Below are positions 13,679-26,220 of a stretch of DNA of 64,000 nucleotides, piece by piece. The notes beneath the pieces were generated by a model. That model did not search any database and was not told the origin of the DNA. It saw nothing but the letters and a program-made list of their open reading frames with translations. This DNA is from Phoronis australis (lineage: Eukaryota > Animalia > Phoronida), in assembly GCA_002633005.1 (NCBI GenBank), contig NMRA01000061.1, forward strand, positions 725,076 through 789,075, read 5' to 3'. Within the stretch, counting starts at the first letter, position 1. Every line of letters starts with the position of its first letter. The translations under genes and the position numbers were made by a program.

Positions 13679-16600
13679 CAGCACACATCACGAATTTTTG
13701 GCCGCCCGGTCGGAAATTGGTCGACGACTAGCCGTCGACCGGTCGTCTAATTTGCCGACCGGTCGGCTAATTTTTAGCCGACCGGCAGCCGCCCGCAGTG
13801 CCGACTCATAAGGCGACTCCCCAGCCGACCCTTCAGCCGACCCTTCAGCCGACCGGCCATCAGCCGACCAGCTGGTCGGCTGCTATTTTTAGGCTAGAGT
13901 AGCAGTTGCGTAATAGGTTGTCAGGCTGATACCACTTTGCGTGTCGATGCATATTCGTCTTAGCACAGGGTCAAATAAATTAACCTAGTTTTACTGTCTC
14001 GGTTACATGAGTTCACGTCGGTTGTGTAATACCACTAATTCGAAGGTTGAAGGCAAGCGGTAATAGTAAACATTGGATTATGGACAATGCAACAAGTTTT
14101 GGATGAAAAACGTGAAAGTTTTCTTTACATTTGATCTTTAATTTGACTCGTGACGTTAACAAGATGTATTAGATCGGTTGCTTCCCGGTCAATACAACGC
14201 TGTAGTCATTTTGTAAACGCAGCTATTTTAGCAGTCTTCGCCCGCAGTTGATTTCAAGTTGTTTGTGTAACGCCAAACTGCATCTTTTTGCGTTTTTTTA
14301 AGTTAGTCACCGGTCTCCTGTCACGCGCCCATGATGATGGATTAGTGAGTGAGTTCTTGCACCGCGAAAAGCTCTCACTCCAGGGATTTTATTTTCATAG
14401 TATTGACCCTTGCAGTACAGACGCGAAATTCACGGTCCAGTATGCCCTAAACCCACGGACTTCGATGGCTCTAACTTCGAAATCATATTATGGTTACGAT
14501 TTCCACGAACTAAGACGGTGACATCACCACTGTTGTGGCTACAGCAAAGTAGCCTTGCGCATTCCGTTTTCAGTGTATCCGTGACGTTAAAATCTGGGCT
14601 AGCAGTTACATGTATACACGTAGTCCCCTATCAGTTGGTCGTTCACGTTGTTCCAAAAATAAATATTTTCTGTCACCAACACATTGACAAATTATGCAAA
14701 ATAAAACAATTGTGAACGGCAAGATGTGAATACGTGGTGAAGAGGTATTTGTCTCTACGCGGCATATGTGCGTGAAACTTTGGTAAAGCGAAAAAATGAT
14801 AGAAAATACACAAAGGTGCACTTTTGAGAAGCAAAGCGTCTGGTGATCTTGATAGCGTACATGTATGATCTGGCCACCTCAGGTAGTAAGTGACGCTGAA
14901 TGAGAAGTGGTTACTACATGTTTGGCGCGAAAATAAAAAAATCATGCTTGTATTGCCAGCCACCCCCTCCCCGAATTTTGCACATTCTAATGAGTCACCA
15001 CTCGAGATTTGGTTCCGTTTCAGTCCTAAAATCGCATAATATTTCTGTGCTCAGCTGTAAGAAAAAATACAATTTTTTGAAACGGTGCTCAGTCTTAATA
15101 AAGTTTCCAGCATGAGAGCGCTTTGATCAGAAATGCCAAGCACACGCAGAGTTGTAAGACAGAGACGTTGGCGTTTCCGTATGTCCACAAAAGTGCTTTG
15201 AGCAGTGTGTACAAATTTGTTCATTTCGCTTTTCTGCACTGACGACTATGATCAACACGGTGTTTTAACTACACTTTTGAGTGCATTTTCAAAAATAAAT
15301 GTTTGGTTGGTGAATTCAGCGAGTCGGTGCCCACGGGCAGGAAAACGTATCTGCGTAAATAAAGAGTTGCGTTTTCAAAACATTCAGAGCATGAGCTCAA
15401 GGACTACCTGAGACAGAAAATAAAACCGATTACCAAACAGAAACTTGTCCAATGAATATATAGCTCTTGGAAAACTGTTACCCCGAAGAAATGTGCAAAA
15501 TACGAACGTCGTTTACGAAAGATTGTACCAGAAGTGATTCGTTGCAGTGGAGCCGCACGGGATAGTAAAAACACTGTGCTGTGCACTAGTTACCTGAATG
15601 GAAAGCTGAAGCGGAAAAATCCAGAACACACATTTTCTATTCAGGAATTGAAATCTCTGTAGAATCAAAAACAATTGGCAACCAGGATTTATTGCGTTAG
15701 AAAACTTATCACGCCTGGAGAGAATTGTTTTCATGCCCGGAGACTACGTGATCACCCATTATGCAATGATGACAATCCAGTGTGTACCTATACATTGGCA
15801 TCTATTGTAAAACGTGGATTAGACGAAAGAAATTCAACCCCATTTCGAAGATAATATGTCTGTTGTCGGCGAGAGGTTGAACATATAGCCCTTGTTTAGT
15901 ATAGTACGGACAGTATCACTTTGAAAGATCAATGCTTGGGGATGGTGACGTGGTGTTCTGGCGTGAAAGTTACTGACATGGTAAGTTTTTGAACCTGACT
16001 TATTAAATTTTCAGTTCGGTCGTATTTTATTTTGATCCTGAAGTGAAGAATTTTTGGTCCTCACTTGATAAATTATAGGTGCTGATGTGATAAATTTTCA
16101 GTCTTGACGTGGTGAATTTGGTCTTTATTTGCTCTTTGGTCTTCTGTGTGAAAACAATCTCAATGTATTGGATTGTTTTAATTCCTGCTTAAGTAAAATG
16201 TCTGGTTTTGAGATATTTATTTTTGGTCCTGGAGAGTTTGCATGTTTTGCTTGGTTTTAATCATGCATAGAAAAGATATGTCGTTAAATGTTTCAAATTA
16301 GGCCTCCCATAAATGGGGGGAGAGCAGGTTGTGTAGCATCGTACTATGTAACTTCTAATATAAATCTAGGTGTTCGTGATTTAGTAATACTATGAAAAAT
16401 GAGTAGTTATGACTATGAAAAATGAGTAGTTGAGGCTTCTTTTGAAATACTGTATCCTTTGTATATGCCTGGTGTACATGGCTCAGTGTGATATTATCTA
16501 AGCTTTATTATCCTCTATGGCTTAACAACTATATATCTTCATTCATGCCTGTAAAAGAGGTACTCCCAGGATCATCAAGCATGTGTATGTTTTTATTCTA

Positions 16601-18838
16601 ATGAGGCGTGCTTCGAATGTACAATTAGTAATTATACTTTTGCAGTGGTTCATAACAAACGGATTCATTAAACCCAGTAAATATTTTTGCAACTGCTGAC
16701 TCTGCATATCAGACGTGCATATTGCATCATACCTCATCAGAGTAAAACTTGTTATCAATCATAGTAGAAAAAATTATTTTTATCATTGCCACAAGACGTT
16801 AACAAACGCAGTGAGTGTCTGTAACTGTTGTGTCTAGATTGCTGATGAACTAAAGTCGGTCTACATGTATTTCCATTTTTATATCACTGATTCATGCCAA
16901 AGGTTTGAAATTGCGCCCCTTTAAGAGTTTTGACTTGCCCTGTGATCACTAGAATCCGATGCAATAAACTTATAGAAGTTGTTTTTTAACCAGTGTAATA
17001 TAGCTGAAAATTGTGTGCGTTTTCGTTTGCGAGAGTGTTCTTTTTGAATCAATGGGTTAATCATTTTACGCTCTACATGAAAACACAGACTACTTTTTTT
17101 AGGATTACATGTACCAGGTTACCCCGAAAATATTATTTTCAAAGTTTTACCCCTTGGAGTATACGCGAAACGCCAAGTATTGTGTTCTTACGCGAAAGGG
17201 CTCGGAAGGCTGTAGCCTTGGTGCGAAGCTGTTTACTAAATTAAATATACAAATTTGCGCCATTGTGGGTAAAAACTGACCGAATAAAATCTTCCTAGAG
17301 TAAACTAAATTATTTACCAGCGTTGCAAAAAATGGTTTTCTACAATTATTCTGCTGCTAAAGTTATGTTGTGATCTTATGCGTCGACTTTCGCCCCAATG
17401 AAATATTGCGTCACCTTTTAGCCAGTTTCTTTTTCCCAGATTCTTCAATCAAACGTTCTCCCTCGAGGTTACGTAAACGTCACAACAAATGATCAGAATT
17501 GGTTTCACTTCATTATATGTTTTTGGAATTTTGATATCAGTGAACCGAATTTTAGAACAAATTTTGCTGAGATGTGTTCATCATCTAATGGGAGATGTTG
17601 AAAACATTTTGGAAGTGGCGCGTGTCACAATGAACTTTTTTCAAAACGACGATATACGTTTTTTCGTTAAAAAGGCAGAGAATTACGCAAGAAGATGACG
17701 TCGGATGTTTCTCACTTAAACGGCCGTAACGGGCAACTTGAATGCCAATTGACTTCCAGATTTTGCATGCACACCCGCCAGTCTTGAGCTCATGTTGATA
17801 CAAGCTTTTCGACGAGGTGACAAACGTAACTATCCGGGCTGTGTGAAGTATCGAGGTCTGTTTGGTCTCAATAAGCAGTGGCACCTTGCTGTATTTTGAA
17901 AATAGTCTTCATGCAACTAGCTGGCTACATAGGAAGGCTCTAGTTTCGAAAAGATGTTTTACTGCGAAAGTGACAACAATTTCTGAATGATGATGGATGA
18001 TGGATGACACTATAAACCGATCAGTCTTCCGTTTTCATGCGCCCATGATTTAATATCGGCGCTATGTTCAAACCATTGTTTATGTTGTTTCTAAAATAAA
18101 ATTGGGTTCTATTGCTGTACCAACATATTAAGAAATTATACAGAAATAAGCAATAATTATCTGTGGTAAATCGCAATATACAGCGTGATGAAGTGATCAT
18201 CAAGAGCAATAACGGATGAGCGCAAATGCGTGATGCTTGTTGAGCATTCCGCTGCATGAAAACACTTGAGGTCGTGTATTGAGTGTTGTATTCTGATTGT
18301 TATGCAATTTTACTGTAAATTTCAAATTTCGTGCTTGTTTTTGTGCAAAATGTACTGTATAAAAAGTCTCATATCTAAATTTAGAAATTATACTTCCGCG
18401 ATATCACTTAACGTTTGATTTTACCACGCCGTCATTAATTCAACATAAAGTTTTAGGCTGGTGTAATGTCACGCACTTCGTATTTGTAGGTTGATTCGAT
18501 TTTATTTCCTTTCAATAGTTGAACAAAAGTTTATAAACCGATGTCAAGACCTGAGTTGCCAGTGGTGAACGAACAGCGAACAGTAAAATGTTTGTTTGGC
18601 CAAAGTTCACTCGTTAAGTCATAAAATGGTAATTGCCGACCAAGGACACGCTTAATCCGAATTGGTCGTCTACGCTAGGCGACCACTTAGCCGCCCCAAG
18701 TGCCGACCACAGAGGCGACTCAGTAGACGGCTCCTAGCCGACCGTTGTTGGTCGGCTGCTGGTCGGCTAGACGACCGGTCGACGGCCGGTCGTCGACCAA
18801 TTTCCGACCGGTCGGCTAAAAATTCGTGATGTGTGCTG
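13679..18838 (+). mobile_element. Non-autonomous TA-targeting TIR DNA transposon, copy 2 (complete, 5160 bp)
   Basis: gagTA|CAGCACACATCACGAATTTTT ... AAAAATTCGTGATGTGTGCTG|TAgaa. ~70-bp TIR with few mismatches, TA TSD, and many subterminal GCCGAC/GTCGGC motifs. Confidence 0.95.
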
Positions 18839-19357
18839 TAGAATTTTTGACAATATTCAGTACAAAAATGGCAAAAGAATAAAATTGCTAAAGGGGAGGG
18901 GGGGCATATTTTTGCCAATTATATTTGTTGCCACAACGTCAGCAAAATACAAATATTTATTTACAAAATATCCAAATATCAAGGAATTTGTATCACAATT
19001 ATTCACTTCAGTGCAAGTTGTCGAATATAGAATCTTCACTTTCTATGCAGAAGATTCAGTAACACAGTTATGAAATCTACAGACAGTTTTGAAAAAGCCG
19101 CCGACTTTGAAAAAGTGTTCAGTGAACAATTAAATCATTGTATACCATATATGCACAACCCCCAAAAATCGCACCAGAGTTTATTCTCATTTAATATAAG
19201 ACATTGGAGTACCCACAATAAAAATCGTCAATATCAATTCAAAGCTGCAGGCCACCAAGAACAACGTGCCTTCGGTTTCAATTTTATAGAACACCTCAAT
19301 TTATAATCACTATTGCCCATCATCAGGAAATCCACCTTATTTTTTAAAGGTTAATTT

Positions 19358-19653
19358 CATTGGCGGATCTAGTATACCATAATTAAGAGGGGGCCAAGAT
19401 GTTGCCTCGGAGAATTCAGCGTAGTGCAATCACATGCACAGGCGGCCCGAAAAGAAGTTGCAAGGACTGGCGATGTGGACCCTGGTGTACCTAAATTCTA
19501 TCGGACTAAAAAAAAGGATAACATGGTTCCGCTGCGCTCTACCCCCCTGCCATTTCAAATTGGTGCGCTCCATATTTCTTCACGCTGCCGCTGTTTAATT
19601 TTCCTTGCACCAGCCAGGGGTCCGGCTCCCTGCTCCCCCCAAATCCGCCTATG
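19358..19653. mobile_element. MITE-like element
   Basis: Short TIR CATTGGCGGAT / ATCCGCCTATG with a GC-richer interior. No convincing TSD. Confidence 0.4.
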
Positions 19654-21204
19654 ACTTTAATGCCTGAAACATTTGAGTTTTCCAACTCACATCAGATTAT
19701 AATTTCTACCATCTTTTTTGTTCTCCAGTTTCACTGGGCAGAAAATAATCATACATGCCGATGATTATGTGTCTCTAAGTTCAGTAATGAGTAATGGTTT
19801 TGTAATAAAATGAATGTTGAAAAGGTCTTTTAATATTGGTATCGAACAAACATGACTGTGTGTTTATTTTGCAATAACTCTCACTATATTATTGAAATGG
19901 AGTTACAAAGGAAAAAATCAATGTATTTTAGAATTGTGATGACAGAACAGAAACAATAAGTTTCCTCACATGATAAATTGTTTATGGTGACCTTCATACC
20001 ATGAAACATGGTCCAGTTACGCATATCATTGTTTTACTTGTGGATTGGGTGTATAGTAGTCATTATGTCCTTAATAGAACAACATCTAACTCTGAACAGT
20101 GCGTGCAATTTTATGAAAAGAGGTCATTAAACCGCAAGAATCTGAAGACATTGAATGCAAATAATAAATAAAATATTTGTTCACATGCAAAAGAACTCGA
20201 ATGTCTATTAGTATATTATGATCTTCAAGTAATATAAAAACATACATAACTAGCTTCTGAAACCCATACTTTCAACCATAAATTAGATGAAAACAGGAAT
20301 ACTCCAGAGTTGCACCATCATGAACTACTAGATAATGTATACATAACATCTAATCTATAAAGGCAATACCTAGGTGCAATAATTTCACATAAAGCTGACA
20401 AAATTTCTATATTCCATGGACACAGAAGTTCCACTAATCTGTCAAATAAATTTGGAGAATGTTTATCCAAGTTTAGCTGAGTCTGACAGAATTCTCTTGA
20501 AGTCTGCTCAATGTTAAATTGAAAACTAAATGTACTGTGTGAAACACAATTTGGATCAAAATCCAAAAACCAAACAAAAGCAAATCATTTATTTCCAACA
20601 CACAGGAAGTCTAAATCAAAGGCGCACAGAAGTCTAAATCAAAGGCGCAAAGAAGTCTATGTAAATCAATCAAAACTCCAGAAAATAACCTTATTTTGTG
20701 TCATCCACCAACAGTAAAGAATAACAGACCAATATTATGCAACAAGGCTTTTTTAAAAGTAGGTAGAAAATGCACCAATATTGGTTCCACCGACTGGAAG
20801 CGTTCAAGAGTGGCACACCCTAAATCATGTAAAATCACTCCACTCGTATCACCAGCAGTTTACACCTTTCAGCATTTATAGAAAACCATAAAACTCTCAG
20901 AAAGACATCGACTCTTTCAAGGGTTCAGCAACAGAAGTAAGCCACTGTGATGAGACTAAGCATTGCAACTGGAATATATTTCAATAGGTTTGAGTCCTAA
21001 TCAAATAGCTTGGAAATACAATGGCATATGTGACCACCGATTTCCCATTCCTACAAACATCACAATGCCTACCCACAACTCCAACCTCGGTCAGCACCCG
21101 CTGATGAAGGGGTGAAGACATATCCTTTAAAAAATCTATAAGCATGGCACGCGCACATCTATAAGTAACCTGTAACAGTATTCGAAAATTCATGTTTACA
21201 CTAA

Positions 21205-21909
21205 CATAGCTTAATGTTAATGTTCAGCAGCTTAGAAATTTCTTTCAAATTCACAAGTTTCAGATTGCTCAACTCTTTGTCCCTCACCATCTCACACAAG
21301 TTTTCTCCTCCATACCTAATCGGGTGCATTACCCCTACTTCACGAAATACTGAGTCCCTATTTTCTCCTCCCAGATACGTCGACCATTTGCAACATCGTC
21401 TTCGTCTTCATCTTCAAAAACTGCTTTGCGCTTTATTTGAAGTGCAAGTCGTGAAAAAAAGCTAGATATCTATTTGGCTGTATGCCACTCATTGGAAGGA
21501 AACTTCGATCTGATGAACTGAACACACTGCCCTGGGTCTGCTTTTTGGCCACTTTTCTCGCCATCGTTAAACATATTTGTAGAGAAATCCATCACACCTT
21601 TGGACATTCTTGGGGCTTTGTGACCGATTTCAATGCCCAACCTTCCTCTAATTTTGAAAATTCAATTACTTCCTCAGTCATTTGCTTGTAATCATCTGAA
21701 GAAAATTTAGGGTAAAACACCTCAACAGGAGGGAGATTACGGTTCATCCGGTGATATGAATTGACATTTAGAAAACTTTCTTGCACTTGATTTCTCAACT
21801 TCACACAGGAACTGCAAATGCTCCATTCGCGATTACCTAAGTTCAGTATCAGGAACCAGGTTTCATATCTGCGCTCTGAAGTCCTGACACTGACTTTAGG
21901 TGCGTCCAT
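21205..21909 (-). pseudogene. C-terminal remnant of Sola3-like transposase
   Basis: EEGWALKS, then frameshift to RMSKGVMDFSTNMFNDGEKSGQKADPGQCVQFIRSKFPSNEWHTAK*ISSFFSRL, then HPIRYGGENLCEMVRDKELSNLKLVNLKEI. I recall these motifs from Sola3-type transposase C-termini. Confidence 0.7.
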
Positions 21910-22460
21910 GAAAACGAAATTACCGATGAGTTACGGATGGACGACTAAGCGTACATCGTGACTTTACGCGACAAACCGGCAATTTCCGTACCATCCTTGA
22001 TCTCAAACTGTCAAAGTGCGACGTGTGTTTGGACTTTTTGGGAACATTTTTCTGCTTTGACTGCGAATTTATAGCAAACTTGCTGTATTGCAAGACACTG
22101 TGAATGTTTAGAAAGAACAATTGCTCATGGTTTGTTGAACCCCTGTTTTGTGTAAATTTATTGAGTTATTTGTTTGATCTGGATGGCTGAATCGAAGCAC
22201 CCGTGAAATTTCTAGTCCCGAGTGTCATACCCTGTAGTATTATATGTAGTGTATTGGGGACCATCAGAAGCTGAGTTCGCTCGTGGTAATGCACAGGTTC
22301 TATTCTTAAATGTACTACATGTACATGTATAAGAAAAGACATTTGCCTTAAGAAAAAAATAAATCCAAACTAATGACTACCAAAAATGATGCTTGTTATT
22401 CAGCAGTAATTGGTTATCATGTTAATTTAGAAGGCAGAATTCCAACAGTGACAGGATATA

Positions 22461-24290
22461 AGGAATGGTGAAAACGCGCATTTTGAAATGTGTCGATTAT
22501 TTAGGGTGAAATCGACACATTTCGTTTCGCGACCAAAACCCGCGCAAACTTCCTAATCATGCGCGGAGAAACAAAAGTCCGCAAACCTCGAATCTGTCCC
22601 GGCTCCGTTCCGCCAATGAGAACGTACCCGCGCGCCACCCTGTCTTCCACTGACCAGTACGGACGTGCGCCCCCTGTCTTCCACTGGCCTCTACGGAAGC
22701 GCGCCCCCTGTCTTCCAGTGGCCAGGCTCCGACCCGAGGGTTACCGTGATTCCGCGCTCCGGCGCCGAAAGTCATATACACATTTCTTTGTACTCGCAAA
22801 TTTTTTCAACCCAAGGTTTCTGAAAGCGACGCAAATGGACAATAATCGACACATTTCTTGGGACTTTGCACATACGCAGGGGCAGACCGGCCTGCAGCGC
22901 TCCGTCCTCCGTTCTGCGGCACCGCAGACCCCGCAGGATCCCGGACTTTACACCCTGGACCACCGACTGGGGAGTTTTCACACTGAGATACCCGAGACAC
23001 GACTAGGGACTGTATCCCGGCCTGCCAATAGACCCTGCTGTGGGCTTACCTTGGTTACATTTTCAAAGCACCTTTGCCAGAAAGCGACACAAATGGCCAT
23101 TAATAGACACATTTCGTGGGATTTTTCAACGCAACCTTTCTGAAACCGACACATATTGCCAATAATCGACACACATTTTCTCGGAACTTAGAAAATTTCG
23201 CACATTTACGCAGGGGACAGACCTGAGCAGCCGCGCTCCAGCCTCGGCAGTGAAGACCGCGCAAGCGCCGGGTGGAGACTTTTCACAGATATTGCCGGGA
23301 CACGACAATGGACTATATAGCGGCCAGCCGCTGGAGCCCGATACGTTTCCACAGACGGCGGTCCACGGGGTCATGTCCGGCATCCTGCGGGGTCTGCGGT
23401 GCCGAGGCCGGAGCGCTGCAGGCCAGTTTGTCCTGCGTATGTGCAAAAAGTCCTACGAAATGTGTCGATTATTGACNNNNNNNNNNNNNNNNNNNNNNNN
23501 NNNNNNNNNNNNNNNNNNNNNNNNNNNNNNNNNNNNNNNNNNNNNNNNNNNNNNNNNNNNNNNNNNNNNNNNNNNNNNNNNNNNNNNNNNNNNNNNNNNN
23601 NNNNNNNNNNNNNNNNNNNNNNNNNNNNNNNNNNNNNNNNNNNNNNNNNNNNNNNNNNNNNNNNNNNNNNNNNNNNNNNNNNNNNNNNNNNNNNNNNNNN
23701 NNNNNNNNNNNNNNNNNNNNNNNNNNNNNNNNNNNNNNNNNNNNNNNNNNNNNNNNNNNNNNNNNNNNNNNNNNNNNNNNNNNNNNNNNNNNNNNNNNNN
23801 NNNNNNNNNNNNNNNNNNNNNNNNNNNNNNNNNNNNNNNNNNNNNNNNNNNNNNNNNNNNNNNNNNNNNNNNNNNNNNNNNNNNNNNNNNNNNNNNNNNN
23901 NNNNNNNNNNNNNNNNNNNNNNNNNNNNNNNNNNNNNNNNNNNNNNNNNNNNNNNNNNNNNNNNNNNNNNNNNNNNNNNNNNNNNNNNNNNNNNNNNNNN
24001 NNNNNNNNNNNNNNNNNNNNNNNNNNNNNNNNNNNNNNNNNNNNNNNNNNNNNNNNNNNNNNNNNNNNNNNNNNNNNNNNNNNNNNNNNNNNNNNNNNNN
24101 NNNNNNNNNNNNNNNNNNNNNNNNNNNNNNNNNNNNNNNNNNNNNNNNGTCCCGGTGCCGGAAAGTGACGATCCAGTCGGTGATCGTAGTTTAGTCAGCA
24201 AGTTTTTGCGGGTTTTAGATGAGAAACGAAATGTGTCGATTTCACCGTCAAAAACCAGCAGATTTTAAAATGCACGTTTTCACTCTACCC
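22461..24290. mobile_element. GC-rich foldback-like non-autonomous element spanning the assembly gap
   Basis: Imperfect TIR (AGGAATGGTGAAAACGCGCATTTTGAAAT vs reverse complement GGGTAGAGTGAAAACGTGCATTTTAAAAT) flanked by TA. Repeated AATCGACACATTTC motifs. Internal inverted repeat ~22840-22970 / 23350-23476 and a ~34-bp x3 tandem at 22631-22722. Confidence 0.6.
23477..24148. other. Assembly gap (672 N)
   Basis: Run of N. Confidence 1.
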
Positions 24291-24328
24291 TACATCTTGC
24301 CATATATCCAGAATTCAACAATGCATGC

Positions 24329-24734
24329 CTGATCCAACGGGTAGGATCACATTTCTCTCAGTTCTTATCTCGTCTAACAATAACATAGCTGAATTCATTG
24401 CACGTCAACCTCACGGAGCTTTAGGAGGCCTCTTCTTCTTCCCTCCATGATCTGGGTAGGCACAGAGTTTAGATGGGAAGAACTGTACACCAAACTTGTT
24501 CCTATGAAGGGGACACACCGTCAGTTCATCAGCCAAGCCCTCGTCAAATACCGCTCTGTTCAACAGAAGTTTCCACTCCGTTACGACCTCCGATATGTTT
24601 ATAAACCGCAGATATTTGGAAACATCTCTGTCACAGCTCAAAACAGTCCTCAGATTCTTTTCACCCCCGACTTCAGAACAATTTACTGTGGACTTTGTAG
24701 AGAATGAACAACAAGTACCCACAAGAGTCGCCAT
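24329..24734 (-). pseudogene. N-terminal Cys/His-rich exon of Sola3-like transposase
   Basis: MATLVGTCCSFS...LSCDRDVSKYL...EWKLLLNRA...LTVCPLHRNKFG...LCAYPDH, then stops, then ILPVGSG. Starts ~800 bp inside the right TIR and points inward. Confidence 0.68.
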
Positions 24735-25866
24735 TCTTGTGTGTTCCTTCCCTTGTACTCTCAAAACTAGAATTCTTGTTGTAAATTCAGTTAAACTCCT
24801 AGTATTTTATTCAAATATAACTTTATTCTACACATAATTCATTATGAGGAATGAGACAGAGACAAATTGTAATTTTATGCTGTGTTTCTGTTAAAATACG
24901 CAATTTGATGAGTTTCGGTATGTCACGTGACATTGACTTTCGCTGATAATTGCCAAGGCAATTATGCGAAAGTGCCTCCAAATAAAGTCGGATTGTCAAA
25001 AAAGGATGACTTATCCCAAAGCTCAAATAGTATTACGGTGAACAATAAAGTTTTTTCTGTACTAAGACACCATTTTTAAATATAATTTGGAACCACTTTT
25101 TCATAATCGGACTTCTACTATCGGAAAACTTCGGGATTTACTAAGCCTTACCAAGGCCTAGCTGAAGTGACGTTCGGTCAATTTAATGCGTCAACAAAAA
25201 GTAGAGATGAAATACAAATTCACACAGATTCGCAACGAAATCAATTCTCAAGCACAGCAATGCCTTCAATTCTACTAATTATGATCATTCAAAGTCACAA
25301 ACTGGCTTCCAGCTCTGTGAATTTTGGAATTCTTTTTGTCTTTTTGGAAATTCTTGTCCTGTGTGTGAAAAAACCACGACGGAAGGTATTTATTATTTTT
25401 TATAGAATGACTCCAGATAAGAAACAGATGCGATTTAGTTATTCATTTGTGAGTACAAATTGGTGTGCAAAGTATCAACTTAGTTGATGAAAGTGACTCC
25501 GCCAACATTTTGCAATTTTGCAGGTTTTCTCAGATAATGCCTCTTAATATTTTGCTGTACTGACTTTGACAGCAGTATGAAAGTTGAAAACTTGTTAAGT
25601 ATAGTGACTGCATAAAAAACAAAGTACAAACAGATGAAGTTATATTCTCTAGTGTTTTAGGTCACATTTGGTCATCTCTGAGCATTTGCTGTTTTTAACA
25701 ATGTAACTTACCCAACAGTAGGTCACATATATGTAATAAGTTATCTAAAATAAGTACACTAACTGCCCTGCTTAGGTTCTGGGATTTGAGGTTTCTTTGA
25801 AATTTAGAAAATAAAAAACAATTTCGCAATTTCTAACATTTTCACAATCTTAATGCTAACACATTG

Positions 25867-26040
25867 AAGTTTCCTGCAACTTTCCCGCAAGCACTTTTTC
25901 ACCAATAAAGTTTCCTTCAACTTTCCCGCAAACACTTTTTCATTAATAAAGTTTCCTGCAACTTTCCCGCAAACACTTCTTCATCAATAAAGTTTCCTGC
26001 AAGTTTCCCGCAAGCACTTTTTCTATCAACAAGTTTGCCG
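25867..26040. repeat. ~41-bp tandem repeat (~4 copies), right subterminal array of the EnSpm-like element
   Basis: Repeated AAGTTTCCTGCAACTTTCCCGCAARCACTTTTTCAYYAATA-like units. Confidence 0.85.
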
Positions 26041-26220
26041 CAACATTCCTGCAAACTTCAGGTTTTGCAGCAAGATTGCGGCAATTTGTGCGGCTGAGTT
26101 GCGGGTAGCGGCAAACTCCTGCAAACTTTGCGGCTGGTTTGCTGCAAACAAAATTGTTTGCCGCAAGCTTGCGGCATGTTTGCTGCAAGCTTACGGCAAA
26201 CATGGTCATTTGGTATGGGT

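Larger units (their letters stand above)
8000..25543 (-). mobile_element. Sola3-like DNA transposon (TTAA target, GAG...CTC termini) with nested insertions
   Basis: Perfect 25-bp TIR GAGGCATTATCTGAGAAAACCTGCA at 8000-8024 and its reverse complement at 25519-25543. TTAA on both sides (7996-7999, 25544-25547). Transposase-like remnants on the minus strand at ~24329-24734 and ~21205-21909. Confidence 0.82.
5062..26219. mobile_element. EnSpm/CACTA-like non-autonomous DNA transposon hosting nested insertions
   Basis: Termini CCCATACCAAA (5062) and TTTGGTATGGG (26219). Dense subterminal GCCGCAAG/CTGCAAAC motifs at both ends in opposite orientation. The paralogous empty site at ~48151-48170 (aaaaatatt-acacttcac) joins the two flanks. 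The 2-bp TSD is imperfect (TA/TT). Confidence 0.8.

Noticed and set aside
1-18838. 14-kb-period segmental or tandem duplication
   Set aside because: Identity stops exactly at the TIR/TA boundary (4766 vs 18838) and the flanks differ, so these are two transposon copies.
20603-20660. ~23-bp x2.5 tandem GAAGTCTAAATCAAAGGCGCA
   Set aside because: Ordinary local slippage duplication with no further structure.
22559-23143. 194-aa ORF
   Set aside because: Lies in GC-rich repeats of the foldback element, where stop codons are rare, and has no recognisable motif.
23250-24268. Long ORFs of 276-314 aa
   Set aside because: Artefacts of translating through the N gap.
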